A DNA stretch of 64,000 nucleotides from Candidatus Hydrogenedentota bacterium (lineage in GTDB: Bacteria > Hydrogenedentota > Hydrogenedentia > Hydrogenedentales > JAEUWI01). The position numbers and the translations under genes are program-made. The number at the start of each line of letters is the position of its first letter. Positions within the stretch are counted from its first letter, which is position 1. The DNA lies in contig JAXMOL010000008.1 of NCBI GenBank assembly GCA_034669905.1, forward strand, positions 64,001-128,000. Direction: 5' to 3'. This document shows, piece by piece, positions 47,330 to 56,670 of this stretch. The notes under the pieces were generated by a model, which ran no database searches, was not told where the DNA came from, and was given only the letters and a program-made list of their open reading frames with translations.

Positions 47330-48793
47330 CTATGATGCGCCACCCTTTCCCAGGAGACGTTTCTCCCAGTAGGCGACGTGCTCCTCCGGCGTGGAATCCA
47401 GCGTGAGACCACGGGTCTTCAGGACCTTTTCGTGCCGTCCCCGGGCCTCGTCCATCCAGTAGTCGGTAATCTCTTTGGACTCGGGCACCGCACCTTTGTC
47501 CCCCGTCTTTTCAATCCAGTCGATCAGGTGCTTTCGCAATGCTGCGAGGGTATCGGCGTAGGCCCCATCACCCGCGATATTCTTCACTTCGTGGGGGTCG
47601 GCCTGTAAATCGTAGAGCTCTTCCTCGGGCCGCGTCGCCGCCATGAAGGGCTTCTGCGCGTCGGTGAGTTTGCCCTCGGCCTGCCACTGCTCCAGCACGG
47701 ACACGGCCGGGTATTGCTTTTTCTTGTAGGCGTTAAATTGAAGGTAGGCCCGCTCGGGGTAGAAGTTCTTGATGAATTTGAAGCGCTTGGTGCGCACACA
47801 ACGAATGCGGTCCACCGTCTCATCACATCGGTCCCGGGCACAGACCACGAATTCCCGCGGCGTTTCGCTTTCGATGGACTGTCCCTCGAGGTGCTTTGGG
47901 GGGCTAATACCCGCCCACTTCATCATAGTGGGGGCCACATCAATGAGCGAGACCAGGTCGTCAGATACGGTGCCTGCACTGGCCCCATCCGGTTTCCGCA
48001 CTATCATGGGGACCCGAATCCCCCCTTCGTAGAGCCACTGCTTCCCCCGCACATGGGGACGTCCATGGTCACCGTGATACAAGACAATGGTGTTGTCTGC
48101 CAGGCCGTCGTCTTCCAGGCGCTTCAACAGGGCGCCAACCTGGGTGTCGAGGACCTGTAAGGACTCCAGGTAATCGGCCCAGTCGCGCCGTAGCAAGGGC
48201 GTGTCGGGGTAGTAGGGCGGCAGGTCGACCTTCGCCGGGTCAATGGGGCGCTCGGAGTCCCGCTTGAAATCCCGGTGCGTCAGGGAAAAGTTATATTGGG
48301 CCAGGAAGGGCTGCCCGGCTTTCCGCTGTCGCCAGTCCGTGCCGTCGAAGGGCTTTTCGTCGGGCGTAAAATTCCAGTCCGTCTTGCCGCCCCGTTCCCA
48401 GTCGGTGCCCCGGCCATTCGTCACGAAATAGCCCGCATCCCGAAAATAGGAGGTAATCACCTTCACCGGTTCGGGCAGGCGGTAATTGTCGTCCCGGTGG
48501 CTTCGGTGATTGTGGACACCGATACTGGTCTGATACATGCCGGTCATCATGGCGGAGCGGGCGGGTGAACAGACGGGGCACGAGGCGAAGGCAGCGTCAT
48601 AACGGATGCCCTGCGCCGCGAGCCGGTCGAGGTGCGGCGTTTGCACCAGCGCATTGCCATAGCACCCGATGTCGGGCGAGATATCTTCCGAGATAATCCA
48701 AAGGATATTAGGACGTGGGGCCGCGTTGGCGTGTCGGCCCACCGCGAAGGCCAGGGCACCTGCACTGGCCGCCAGAAAGCTTCTTCTTCTCAT
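47330..48793 (-). CDS. Tat-exported sulfatase
   Basis: Start ATG 48793 MRRRSFL; PNILWIISED; CSPAR; GDHG. Confidence 0.92.
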   Translation of the reverse strand: MRRRSFLAASAGALAFAVGRHANAAPRPNILWIISEDISPDIGCYGNALVQTPHLDRLAAQGIRYDAAFASCPVCSPARSAMMTGMYQTSIGVHNHRSHRDDNYRLPEPVKVITSYFRDAGYFVTNGRGTDWERGGKTDWNFTPDEKPFDGTDWRQRKAGQPFLAQYNFSLTHRDFKRDSERPIDPAKVDLPPYYPDTPLLRRDWADYLESLQVLDTQVGALLKRLEDDGLADNTIVLYHGDHGRPHVRGKQWLYEGGIRVPMIVRKPDGASAGTVSDDLVSLIDVAPTMMKWAGISPPKHLEGQSIESETPREFVVCARDRCDETVDRIRCVRTKRFKFIKNFYPERAYLQFNAYKKKQYPAVSVLEQWQAEGKLTDAQKPFMAATRPEEELYDLQADPHEVKNIAGDGAYADTLAALRKHLIDWIEKTGDKGAVPESKEITDYWMDEARGRHEKVLKTRGLTLDSTPEEHVAYWEKRLLGKGGAS

Positions 48794-48906
48794 GGGTTGC
48801 TCCCGTACGTGTTGGCGTGAAGGTCTACTATAGCGATGTGCGATCGGGTTCTCAACCGGGTCAATGTTGATGGAATTCCGCTTTCGACGCCTACTAAAAG
48901 TCCCTT

Positions 48907-49123
48907 CACCCACAAAGCCGTTCGTTCCTCACGGCTGTGTAGGTGGCACCCTTGGAGCGGATCAAAAGGTCTCTCGTAGCCAGAAAGAAACCTATTCGTG
49001 CCGCGCGATCCGGTACTCCGGTTCGTGCGCCGTTGCAGAAGAAAAACCCATCATCCACCAAGGCGACTATTCGCGCCCCAAGCGCACGAACCCTCGTACC
49101 TCGGGTTCGCGCGGCACGATAGG
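48907..49123. repeat. Cluster of GTGCC-foot hairpins: single (48907-48951) plus inverted doublet (48991-49123)
   Basis: CCTATTCGTGCCGCGCGA...GTTCGTGCGC and GCGCACGAAC...TCGCGCGGCACGATAGG; same stem as 16773-16828. Confidence 0.75.
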
Positions 49124-49205
49124 CGACCTGTATCACCTTGCACCGCCCACGGTTCCTCGACAATACTCAGGGGTACCCAACGCAAACAAACCGGAAAGAC
49201 TATTC

Positions 49206-50627
49206 ATGATTCGACCTTTCGCTATCGCCCTGGCCGCCCTGCTGCTCCATAGCACCCAGGCGGCAGAGCAGCCCAATATTCTCTTTCTCTTCGCCGATGA
49301 CATGACCTATGAAGCGGTCCGCGCATTGGGCAACGAGGAAATCGAGACCCCCAACCTGGATCGGCTTGTGGCACAAGGCACCAGCTTTAGCCATGCCTAC
49401 AACCAGGGCGGCTGGCACGGCGCGGTCTGTGTGGCCAGCCGGACCATGCTGAATACAGGACGCTTCCTCTGGCACGCCCGGGACCGAGAGGATCATCTGA
49501 AAGAGGAGACGGGCAATCGCCAGTTCTGGTCGCAACTTCTCCACGATGGCGGCTATGACACCTACATGTCGGGCAAGTGGCATGTGAAGGGCATTGATCC
49601 CGTCGATATCTTCGACCACGTCCGCCATGTGCGCGGCGGGATGCCCCGGGACAACTATGGCACGACCAAGGTGGGCTACAACCGCCCGCTTGAAGGCCAG
49701 CCCGATACCTGGAAACCGTGGGACACGACGCAGGGGGGCTTCTGGGCCGGAGGTAAACACTGGAGTGAAGTACTCGGTGATGACGGCGTGGATTTCCTGG
49801 GCCAGGCCGCTACGTCGGACAAGCCTTTTTTCATGTACCTCGCGTTCAATGCGCCGCACGACCCACGGCAGTCGCCCAAAGAATTCGTGGACCGCTATCC
49901 CCTTGATGGGATTGCGGTACCCGAGGATTTCATTCCCCGCCATCCCCATGATAAGGCCATGGGCTGCGGTCCCGGACTCCGTGACGAAGACCTCGCCCCC
50001 TTCCCCCGTACCCCTTACGCCGTGAAAGTGCACCGCCAGGAATACTACGCCATCATCACCCACATGGATGTCCAGATTGGCCGCGTCCTCGATGCCTTGG
50101 AAAGCACGGGCCAGGCGAAAAATACCCGCATCATTTTCACGGCGGACCATGGCCTTGCTGCCGGGCACCACGGCCTGTTGGGCAAACAGAATATGTATGA
50201 CCACAGCGTGCGGGTGCCCCTCATCCTCGCGGGTCCGGGCATTGCGGCAGGAAAGCAGATTGACGCGCCCGTGTATTTGCAGGACGTCATGCCGACGACC
50301 CTGGAGTGGGCCCGTGTTGACCAACCCGAACAGGTGGCATTCAAGAGTCTGACCCCGTTGCTTCGGGGTGAGCGCACGGCTTCCTATGACGCCATTTACG
50401 GGGCCTACATGATGCGCCAGCGCATGGTCACGCAGGGCGACTTCAAATTGCTGTACTACCCCAAAACAGCCACCACCCTGCTTTTCAATTTGAAGGCGGA
50501 TCCCCTGGAAACGAACGACCTTTCCGACCAAGAGCAATATGCGGCACAAAAGAAAACCCTGTGGACGGCTCTGCGCAATCTACAGGGCACGATGGGCGAC
50601 CCGTTGGAACTCCCCAAACTCCCCTGA
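49206..50627 (+). CDS. Sulfatase (choline-sulfatase-like, CxAxR variant)
   Basis: Start ATG 49206; PNILFLFADD; CVASR; GKWH; ADHG. Confidence 0.9.
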   Translation: MIRPFAIALAALLLHSTQAAEQPNILFLFADDMTYEAVRALGNEEIETPNLDRLVAQGTSFSHAYNQGGWHGAVCVASRTMLNTGRFLWHARDREDHLKEETGNRQFWSQLLHDGGYDTYMSGKWHVKGIDPVDIFDHVRHVRGGMPRDNYGTTKVGYNRPLEGQPDTWKPWDTTQGGFWAGGKHWSEVLGDDGVDFLGQAATSDKPFFMYLAFNAPHDPRQSPKEFVDRYPLDGIAVPEDFIPRHPHDKAMGCGPGLRDEDLAPFPRTPYAVKVHRQEYYAIITHMDVQIGRVLDALESTGQAKNTRIIFTADHGLAAGHHGLLGKQNMYDHSVRVPLILAGPGIAAGKQIDAPVYLQDVMPTTLEWARVDQPEQVAFKSLTPLLRGERTASYDAIYGAYMMRQRMVTQGDFKLLYYPKTATTLLFNLKADPLETNDLSDQEQYAAQKKTLWTALRNLQGTMGDPLELPKLP

Positions 50628-50652
50628 CCCTCCCCCAGAAAGGAAACGCCCC

Positions 50653-51903
50653 ATGCGCTTCGCGACCGCCGTTTTAATGAGTTGCACCCTGCTCCCCTCC
50701 ATTGCCCCGGCGGTCCAATTGAAAGAGTTGGATAGCGACGTCCACTATGACGAGGCCCGCGTGCCCCACTATGCCCTGCCGGAGCTCCTCACCACGGTGG
50801 AGGGCGATCCGGTGACCACGGCGGAAGCTTGGCGCACTATACGCCGCCCCCAAATCATGTCCCTCTTCAGCAATCTTGTCTACGGCAAGGTTCCAACGCC
50901 CGCACAGCCTATCACCGTCTCCTTTACGGTAAAAGAAAGCGACCCTGACTTCATGGGAGGCAAGGCCACGCGAAAAGATGTGGTCATCACCATCGCCAAT
51001 CCCGAGCGCAGCATGGAGATGGTGGTAATCGTTTATGTTCCGAATGCCGCCACGGGCCCGGTTCCGGCCATCATGAAACACAGCTTCAACAACACCAGGT
51101 CACCCGACTTTAAGGTCCACCGCACGGAGCCCGATCGCCTGAGAAATGGCTGGCCCCTCGGACAAATCCTGGACCGAGGCTTCGGCTTCATTGCGGTCTA
51201 CCATGAAGATCTTGTGAAACACAACGAAGTGAGTTTCGAAAACAGCATCCACCGCCTTTTCTACCCTGAGGGCCAGAGCTTCCCCAAAGCCCACGAGTGG
51301 GGCGTCCTGTCCGCCGTGGCCTGGGGGGCCATGCGCGCCATGGATTACCTGGAAACGGACGACGACATTGACCACACGCGGGTGGCCATCATGGGGCACA
51401 GTAAGATGGGCAAGGCCACGCTGTGGACCGCCGCCCAGGATGAGCGTTTCGCCCTGGCGATTTCGGCCCAATCCGGCTGTGCCGGAGCCGCCCTGTGGCG
51501 TCGCGAGTCGGGAGAGACCCTGGAGAAAATGGTGACCCGTTTCCCCTACTGGCTTTGCCGTAACGCGTGGAAGTTTGTGGGCCAGGAAGACGATTTGCCG
51601 GTGGACCAACACATGCTCATTGCCTGTATCGCACCCCGCCCGGTTTATATTCACAGTGGCGTGGAAGACACGTGGGCCGATGGCCGGGGCGAGTATCTCT
51701 CGGCCTACCACGCGAGCGAAGTCTATCGCCTCCTGGGCAAGACCGGACTCGATTCGGAAGCTTCCCCGCCCGTGGGCGAAGCCATTCTCGACCGTAGCGT
51801 GGGCTATCACATCCGCGAAGGGGGACACTCCATCGAGCCCTACGACTGGGATCGCTTCCTGGATTTTGCCGATTTTCATTTGATGAAGAATGCGGCGGGG
51901 TGA
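50653..51903 (+). CDS. CE15-like glucuronoyl esterase / alpha-beta hydrolase
   Basis: AWGAMRAMDYLE, GHSKMGKA nucleophile elbow, SGCAGAAL, LPVDQHML, IAPRP. Confidence 0.8.
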   Translation: MRFATAVLMSCTLLPSIAPAVQLKELDSDVHYDEARVPHYALPELLTTVEGDPVTTAEAWRTIRRPQIMSLFSNLVYGKVPTPAQPITVSFTVKESDPDFMGGKATRKDVVITIANPERSMEMVVIVYVPNAATGPVPAIMKHSFNNTRSPDFKVHRTEPDRLRNGWPLGQILDRGFGFIAVYHEDLVKHNEVSFENSIHRLFYPEGQSFPKAHEWGVLSAVAWGAMRAMDYLETDDDIDHTRVAIMGHSKMGKATLWTAAQDERFALAISAQSGCAGAALWRRESGETLEKMVTRFPYWLCRNAWKFVGQEDDLPVDQHMLIACIAPRPVYIHSGVEDTWADGRGEYLSAYHASEVYRLLGKTGLDSEASPPVGEAILDRSVGYHIREGGHSIEPYDWDRFLDFADFHLMKNAAG

Positions 51904-51987
51904 TCTCGCCTCGAAGATGTAGTGGGTCGTATGGGGCTCATGAGTCGTATGGGGCCTGTGGGTCTCATAAGACCCATAAGACTCATT

Positions 51988-52017
51988 AAAAAAAGGGAGC
52001 AGGCCAAGCCTGCTCCC
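51988..52017 (-). terminator. Rho-independent terminator
   Basis: GGGAGCAGGC-caa-GCCTGCTCCC preceded by A7 (U tract on minus strand). Confidence 0.85.
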
Positions 52018-52040
52018 AGAATAACGTTTTCCGAAGAACT

Positions 52041-52709
52041 TTAGTCGAGTTCTTTAATCTTGATGTTTTTCCACATCACGGAATAGGGGCCCGTGCCGCC
52101 TTTGATACCGTGAACCTGCAGGCCGATAAAGCCCTTGGGGTGGCTCTTGGCCTTTTCTTCGTCAATCAGGTCTTCGACGGCTTCGCCATTGATCCAGGTC
52201 TGGATACGGGCGCCTTTGGCCACGATGCGATAGGTGTTCCACTCGCCATCTTTGAAGGCCTTGCTACGCTTCGCTTCGGCGTCTTTCGTCATCCAGCCGC
52301 CACAGGCTTCGCCGTAGATATAACCGGCCTGTGCACCTTCGGCACCGGCTGCTTCGATTTCAACCTGGGGACCATTCACGCGGCCATACTTGGCGTCGCC
52401 TTTGGGTTCTGCCGTCGTGGAGCGAATCTGGATACCCGAATTCAGTTCGTTGTCATTGAGCAGTACGTCCACCGTCAAATCGAAGTCGCCATATTCTTTG
52501 TCGCTGCAGAGGAAAGAGTTGGGGCTGCCTTCTGCCGTGGTGCCGAGGATGGCTCCGTCTTTAACCACATAGGTGGCGGTACCATTCTTCTGGGTCCAAC
52601 CCTTGAGGGTCTTTCCGTCAAAGATAGAAACCGCGTCGTCCGCAGCAAAGACCGTAAGGGGCAGGGCCAGCAGGCCGAGGGTGGCCAGTGCGATCGTTTT
52701 CTTCATCAT
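52041..52709 (-). CDS. DUF1080 / 3-keto-disaccharide hydrolase family protein
   Basis: IFDGKTLKGW, NSGIQIRS, GEWNTY, GFIGLQVH, KNIKIKEL. Confidence 0.9.
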   Translation of the reverse strand: MMKKTIALATLGLLALPLTVFAADDAVSIFDGKTLKGWTQKNGTATYVVKDGAILGTTAEGSPNSFLCSDKEYGDFDLTVDVLLNDNELNSGIQIRSTTAEPKGDAKYGRVNGPQVEIEAAGAEGAQAGYIYGEACGGWMTKDAEAKRSKAFKDGEWNTYRIVAKGARIQTWINGEAVEDLIDEEKAKSHPKGFIGLQVHGIKGGTGPYSVMWKNIKIKELD

Positions 52710-52838
52710 CGTTTTCTCCTGAGTTTAACGAGGGAGCCGCAGCAGGGATGGGCTACGGCGGTGAATCCGTGCAATTTAACCAGATAAAGGGCTGGCAATC
52801 AAGCGGAATGCCAACTTTCCACTACCGTGCGAATTTTC

Positions 52839-55202
52839 TCACGGCGTCAAATCTGCGTCGGTCGCCATCTTCCAGGTAGCCCCGCCATCGGCCGACATCA
52901 TCAAAGCGCGGCGGGTTTCCCAGCGATCGGTGCGATAAAACCAATAGGTTGACCAGTAATCGTAGGACAGAAACAGTCTCCCCGTACGGTCTATCGTTAG
53001 ACGATGATAGAAGACACTATATTCAGAAAAAGGTGGCACCACCAGCGCGCGGGGTTCCGACCAGGCTTCGCCCGGCTTTTTCTGCATATACGAAAGGGTC
53101 GCATAGTGACTCGCCGGAAAATAGGTCGTATCCGTGTGCCACAGGCGGAAGACCACGTGGAGTGTATCGTCCGGCCCGCAGACGAAGCCTACATAGGTCT
53201 GGCGCAATCCCGGCCCCAGGGGCTCGGGCTCGCTCCATCCCCCGCTGGCATCGTTGGGTTGGAGCGACTTGGCGTAGAGGAAGGTGCTGCCGTGGGTCCC
53301 CACCAACACGTGGAGATAGCCCTGGCTGTCCATGGTAATGCTGGGCGTGTTGTGGACATCGTTGGCGGGCGGACCATAGCCCACGAGGGACGCATTGGAG
53401 ACCGTTTTTGTTTCGCGGTCATAGGTCGCCACGTAGGTCGGCACGCCAGGCACGTTCTCATCGGGTGTGGTGGCCTCGCCCCAGGTTACGTGCACTTTGC
53501 TCCCCAGGGACACAACGGACGAGGGAATTCCTGAGTGACTGGAGATACCGATACAGGTTTCGCTGAGCCGTATGGGGTCGCCGATGACGATGGTGCCCGC
53601 CGCCGTCTTCTCGGGCACAAAGAGATCGAGATCGTGGACCCGGCGCCATTTGAGTTTGGGATCCACCGCGGTCCGGGTGAAACGGACAAAGGCCGGCGGA
53701 CCGGTGGCCACGTTGTGTCCCGAGAATTGCTCCGTATCGAAGGGGCCCTTACCGGGCACCGGGTAGGCCGTAAAGTCCTTCGTACCGTCCTTAGCGTGGT
53801 ACAAGGCCGATGCCCCGTCCTTCTGTGCAAGAAGATAGATATCATTATCTTCGTCCACCGCCACTTTGGAATCCAGCAGCGACCCCATCGCAGTTTCGAC
53901 CCACTGCCCTTCCGCGGGATAATGGAGTCCCCCACGAGCGGTAATCAGGGGTTGGTTGTGGCGATCGAAGTAAACTTCATTCGTTACCGGATACTGGGGC
54001 GCATAGGCGAATTGCGCGTTTTCGTGGCGGAAAGGCTTCAATACGAGGGGCAGGTCCAGGGCCTTCTCCAGGAGTGCTGAATCGGGCACCAATTCCAGGG
54101 TGGACCAGGTGCTAAAGCCATCGTCGGTACGGGCCTGAAGCTGTACGGTCGCCGGCACGCCCTCATATTGAACGGTCACCTTGCGGCGTTCACCGGGTGC
54201 CATATCCAGCGTCGACTCAGACAGTCTGAACGTGGCTGCCTCGGGCCCGACGAAGGTCAGCATCACAGACTTCGGCTGGCGGCCACTGTTGTACACTTCA
54301 AACTCGACGGTTCCATCTTCCCCGGACACGACATTCATGCGCCGTTTGTAAGGTGTGAGAAGCCAGCGGTTATCGTGAAAAGGAAACCAGGTTTCCGCGC
54401 GGGGTGTCCAGAGGGAGATGTCTTTTATGCCACCGTCGATACGCTCCCAGCGCGTGACCCCGTCGATGTTTACCGTACCATTGGCACCGGACAAGTGAAG
54501 TTGCCACGGGATATTCTCACGGTCTCCCGCCGGGACGGTCAACGTCGCCGTCCCTTCTGCGTCTACCGGTACGGGCGCGATCTCCGCACCCGTACTATCA
54601 AGGAGGCGCAGGGTCTCTCCCCGCACCCCCGTCACATCGAGGGTAAACGATCCGGAGCGTGGCAAGAAGCAGACGCTCCCTGGCGCGTCGCCCTGCTGCA
54701 ACACCAGGGGTTCCTGATGGCGCTCATCTTTGTGGCCCCGTGACGTCTCCACCAGATACTTGGGGCAATTGGTACGCATTCCCCAGACCATATCGTCGCC
54801 GTAGCGGTCCTCCGAAGCCGTGATGCTGAGTCCGTAGACGCCCGTGCGCGGAACCTCCACGGAGAATCGCAGTCGCTGGACTGGACCATCGCCGCTGCCC
54901 TTCTCCATGGCCATCCAGGGGAGGTATTCATCCGCCACCACAGACCGATCCGGTCCGAAGAGAATGGCGCGCACATGGGTTTTTCGCCCCCGGCGATTGA
55001 GATCCTGCTTTTCAACCTCCACCCAAAGTTCACCGGGCTCGGCGAGGAAATAGGCCCCACCACAACCGCTGATTCGGAAGTCGCTGGTCCAAACGAGATC
55101 TTCGGCGGGGGTGGCGCCTGTCGGGAAGGTTAGCGCCGCAAAAAGGAGTACGGGAGCGAGGAATCGCAGTAAAAACATGTTTCTGGCTTTTGAGAAATTC
55201 AT
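52839..55202 (-). CDS. Secreted BNR-4 repeat (beta-propeller) protein
   Basis: Signal peptide; NDVHNTPSITMDSQGYLHV..GTH; Asp-box SADGGATW; start approximate. Confidence 0.7.
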   Translation of the reverse strand: MNFSKARNMFLLRFLAPVLLFAALTFPTGATPAEDLVWTSDFRISGCGGAYFLAEPGELWVEVEKQDLNRRGRKTHVRAILFGPDRSVVADEYLPWMAMEKGSGDGPVQRLRFSVEVPRTGVYGLSITASEDRYGDDMVWGMRTNCPKYLVETSRGHKDERHQEPLVLQQGDAPGSVCFLPRSGSFTLDVTGVRGETLRLLDSTGAEIAPVPVDAEGTATLTVPAGDRENIPWQLHLSGANGTVNIDGVTRWERIDGGIKDISLWTPRAETWFPFHDNRWLLTPYKRRMNVVSGEDGTVEFEVYNSGRQPKSVMLTFVGPEAATFRLSESTLDMAPGERRKVTVQYEGVPATVQLQARTDDGFSTWSTLELVPDSALLEKALDLPLVLKPFRHENAQFAYAPQYPVTNEVYFDRHNQPLITARGGLHYPAEGQWVETAMGSLLDSKVAVDEDNDIYLLAQKDGASALYHAKDGTKDFTAYPVPGKGPFDTEQFSGHNVATGPPAFVRFTRTAVDPKLKWRRVHDLDLFVPEKTAAGTIVIGDPIRLSETCIGISSHSGIPSSVVSLGSKVHVTWGEATTPDENVPGVPTYVATYDRETKTVSNASLVGYGPPANDVHNTPSITMDSQGYLHVLVGTHGSTFLYAKSLQPNDASGGWSEPEPLGPGLRQTYVGFVCGPDDTLHVVFRLWHTDTTYFPASHYATLSYMQKKPGEAWSEPRALVVPPFSEYSVFYHRLTIDRTGRLFLSYDYWSTYWFYRTDRWETRRALMMSADGGATWKMATDADLTP

Positions 55203-55877
55203 GGGTATCCGTTCGTCGTTCGTATTCTTGCCATGGAAACAAAGATGTGGTGGCACGCAAAGCCGCGAAGGGCTTGCAATCTAGAAAAGGCAGGGTACAG
55301 GATGTCGCCCCCTTTTTTCAGCCCACTCCGTCGCTGACCTCCCATCCATACAGTTCAAACGCGACGGTATCCTCGTCGGCCAACGTGGGATAGGCTTCCA
55401 GCCTGTCATGTCGGCTGCCCGAAACGCCCCAGGGCGCGGTACGTCCTGGGTATCACCCTGAAGTGCCATGCCCAACGTTTCAGGACCTCACGCCATGTGG
55501 AATTGTTCACCTCAACGTTCATTGCTAGCACGCGCTTTTTTGTTTTTCCGTGCAATTCCGTGTTTTCCGTGGTAGCAAGATTTTTTATGACCACGGAAAA
55601 AAGAAGGGGGTCAATTACAAGACCGGGTCGTCCAGCAGCAATGCCAATCTGCCCTTGCCATCGATTCGCCACGATTTTTATTCGTGAAAATTCGAGTCCA
55701 TTCGTGGTTCCAAGTCTGTAGTTACGGCTATGCAGCGCTGGGCTATGCGGTTAAGGCCTTTCAGGCCAAAAAATGTTGAACTCCAATTCGTAAGACCCTG
55801 ACCGCAGCCGTGCCGGTGTTCAGGATGAATTTACCCTTGAACCGGATGAACCACTTCCGCAATTCCGAATCTGGCCA

Positions 55878-56660
55878 CTATTCTTCCCACGCCTCGAAGG
55901 CCTTCGAAAAAGCGCGGTGGATTTTCTTGTCCTCATAGGGGTCGTCTTCGGCCTCCAGATCGGCAGGCGGATATCCCGTCGTAATAGACGTCACCGTAAC
56001 GTGCTTCGACGCTTCGTCGGCACGAAATCGGGTCCGCCAGGTGCGGTAGGCGATCTCCCACAGCCCGTCGCCCAGATCCCGGAGGCGCTTCCGCTTTTCA
56101 TTGAAGGGCTCATCGCCCAATTGCTGCACCAGGAATCCTTCCAACGCGACGACCCCATGCTCCGCCAGCCACGCCAGTTGACTTGCCGCCGTTACCGATT
56201 GGTCCACCGTCCAGGCCTCCCCTTCCAGCGCGTCGGTCCAACCGCCGGTCGCCTCGGGAAAACTGTCCGCATAGGGGATGTAGGGCTTGATATCGAGAAT
56301 GGGCGTCCCATCGAGGAGATCATGGCCCGCCACGTCGACGGTACGCCCCCGCACGGACACGAGCCGCACGCACGACATGCCGATGCCATTGGGGCGGTAG
56401 GGCGCCCGCGAGGCCAATACGCCTACTTTCTTGCCGCCCCGGGGTGGTTGCACCAGGGGCTTCCAATGGCTGTTTTTGTGAAACTGAAAAAGCAGCCACA
56501 CGTGGGAGAATCCCTCCAGATCCTGGAGGGCCTGCTCGAAGTGCTGGCCATTGACCAACTCGACCCGGCCCGTGCTCTGTTCCGCGAGTACGCCCTGGCG
56601 GGCCGCATCGTAGGTATAGGTCTCGGCACAGTGAAAGGTGCCGATGGGGGTAATTTCCAT
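55878..56660 (-). CDS. trmO: tRNA m6t6A37 methyltransferase TrmO/TsaA
   Basis: Start ATG 56660; LEGFSHVWLLFQFH, GVLASRAPYRPNGIGMS, DLLDGTPILDIKPY. Confidence 0.92.
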   Translation of the reverse strand: MEITPIGTFHCAETYTYDAARQGVLAEQSTGRVELVNGQHFEQALQDLEGFSHVWLLFQFHKNSHWKPLVQPPRGGKKVGVLASRAPYRPNGIGMSCVRLVSVRGRTVDVAGHDLLDGTPILDIKPYIPYADSFPEATGGWTDALEGEAWTVDQSVTAASQLAWLAEHGVVALEGFLVQQLGDEPFNEKRKRLRDLGDGLWEIAYRTWRTRFRADEASKHVTVTSITTGYPPADLEAEDDPYEDKKIHRAFSKAFEAWEE

Positions 56661-56670
56661 GGTCCTTTCC

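Noticed and set aside
48864..49205. N-terminal extension of the plus-strand sulfatase through hairpin repeats
   Set aside because: A normal signal peptide starts at ATG 49206 and there is no translational coupling upstream, so I do not count it as a coding insertion
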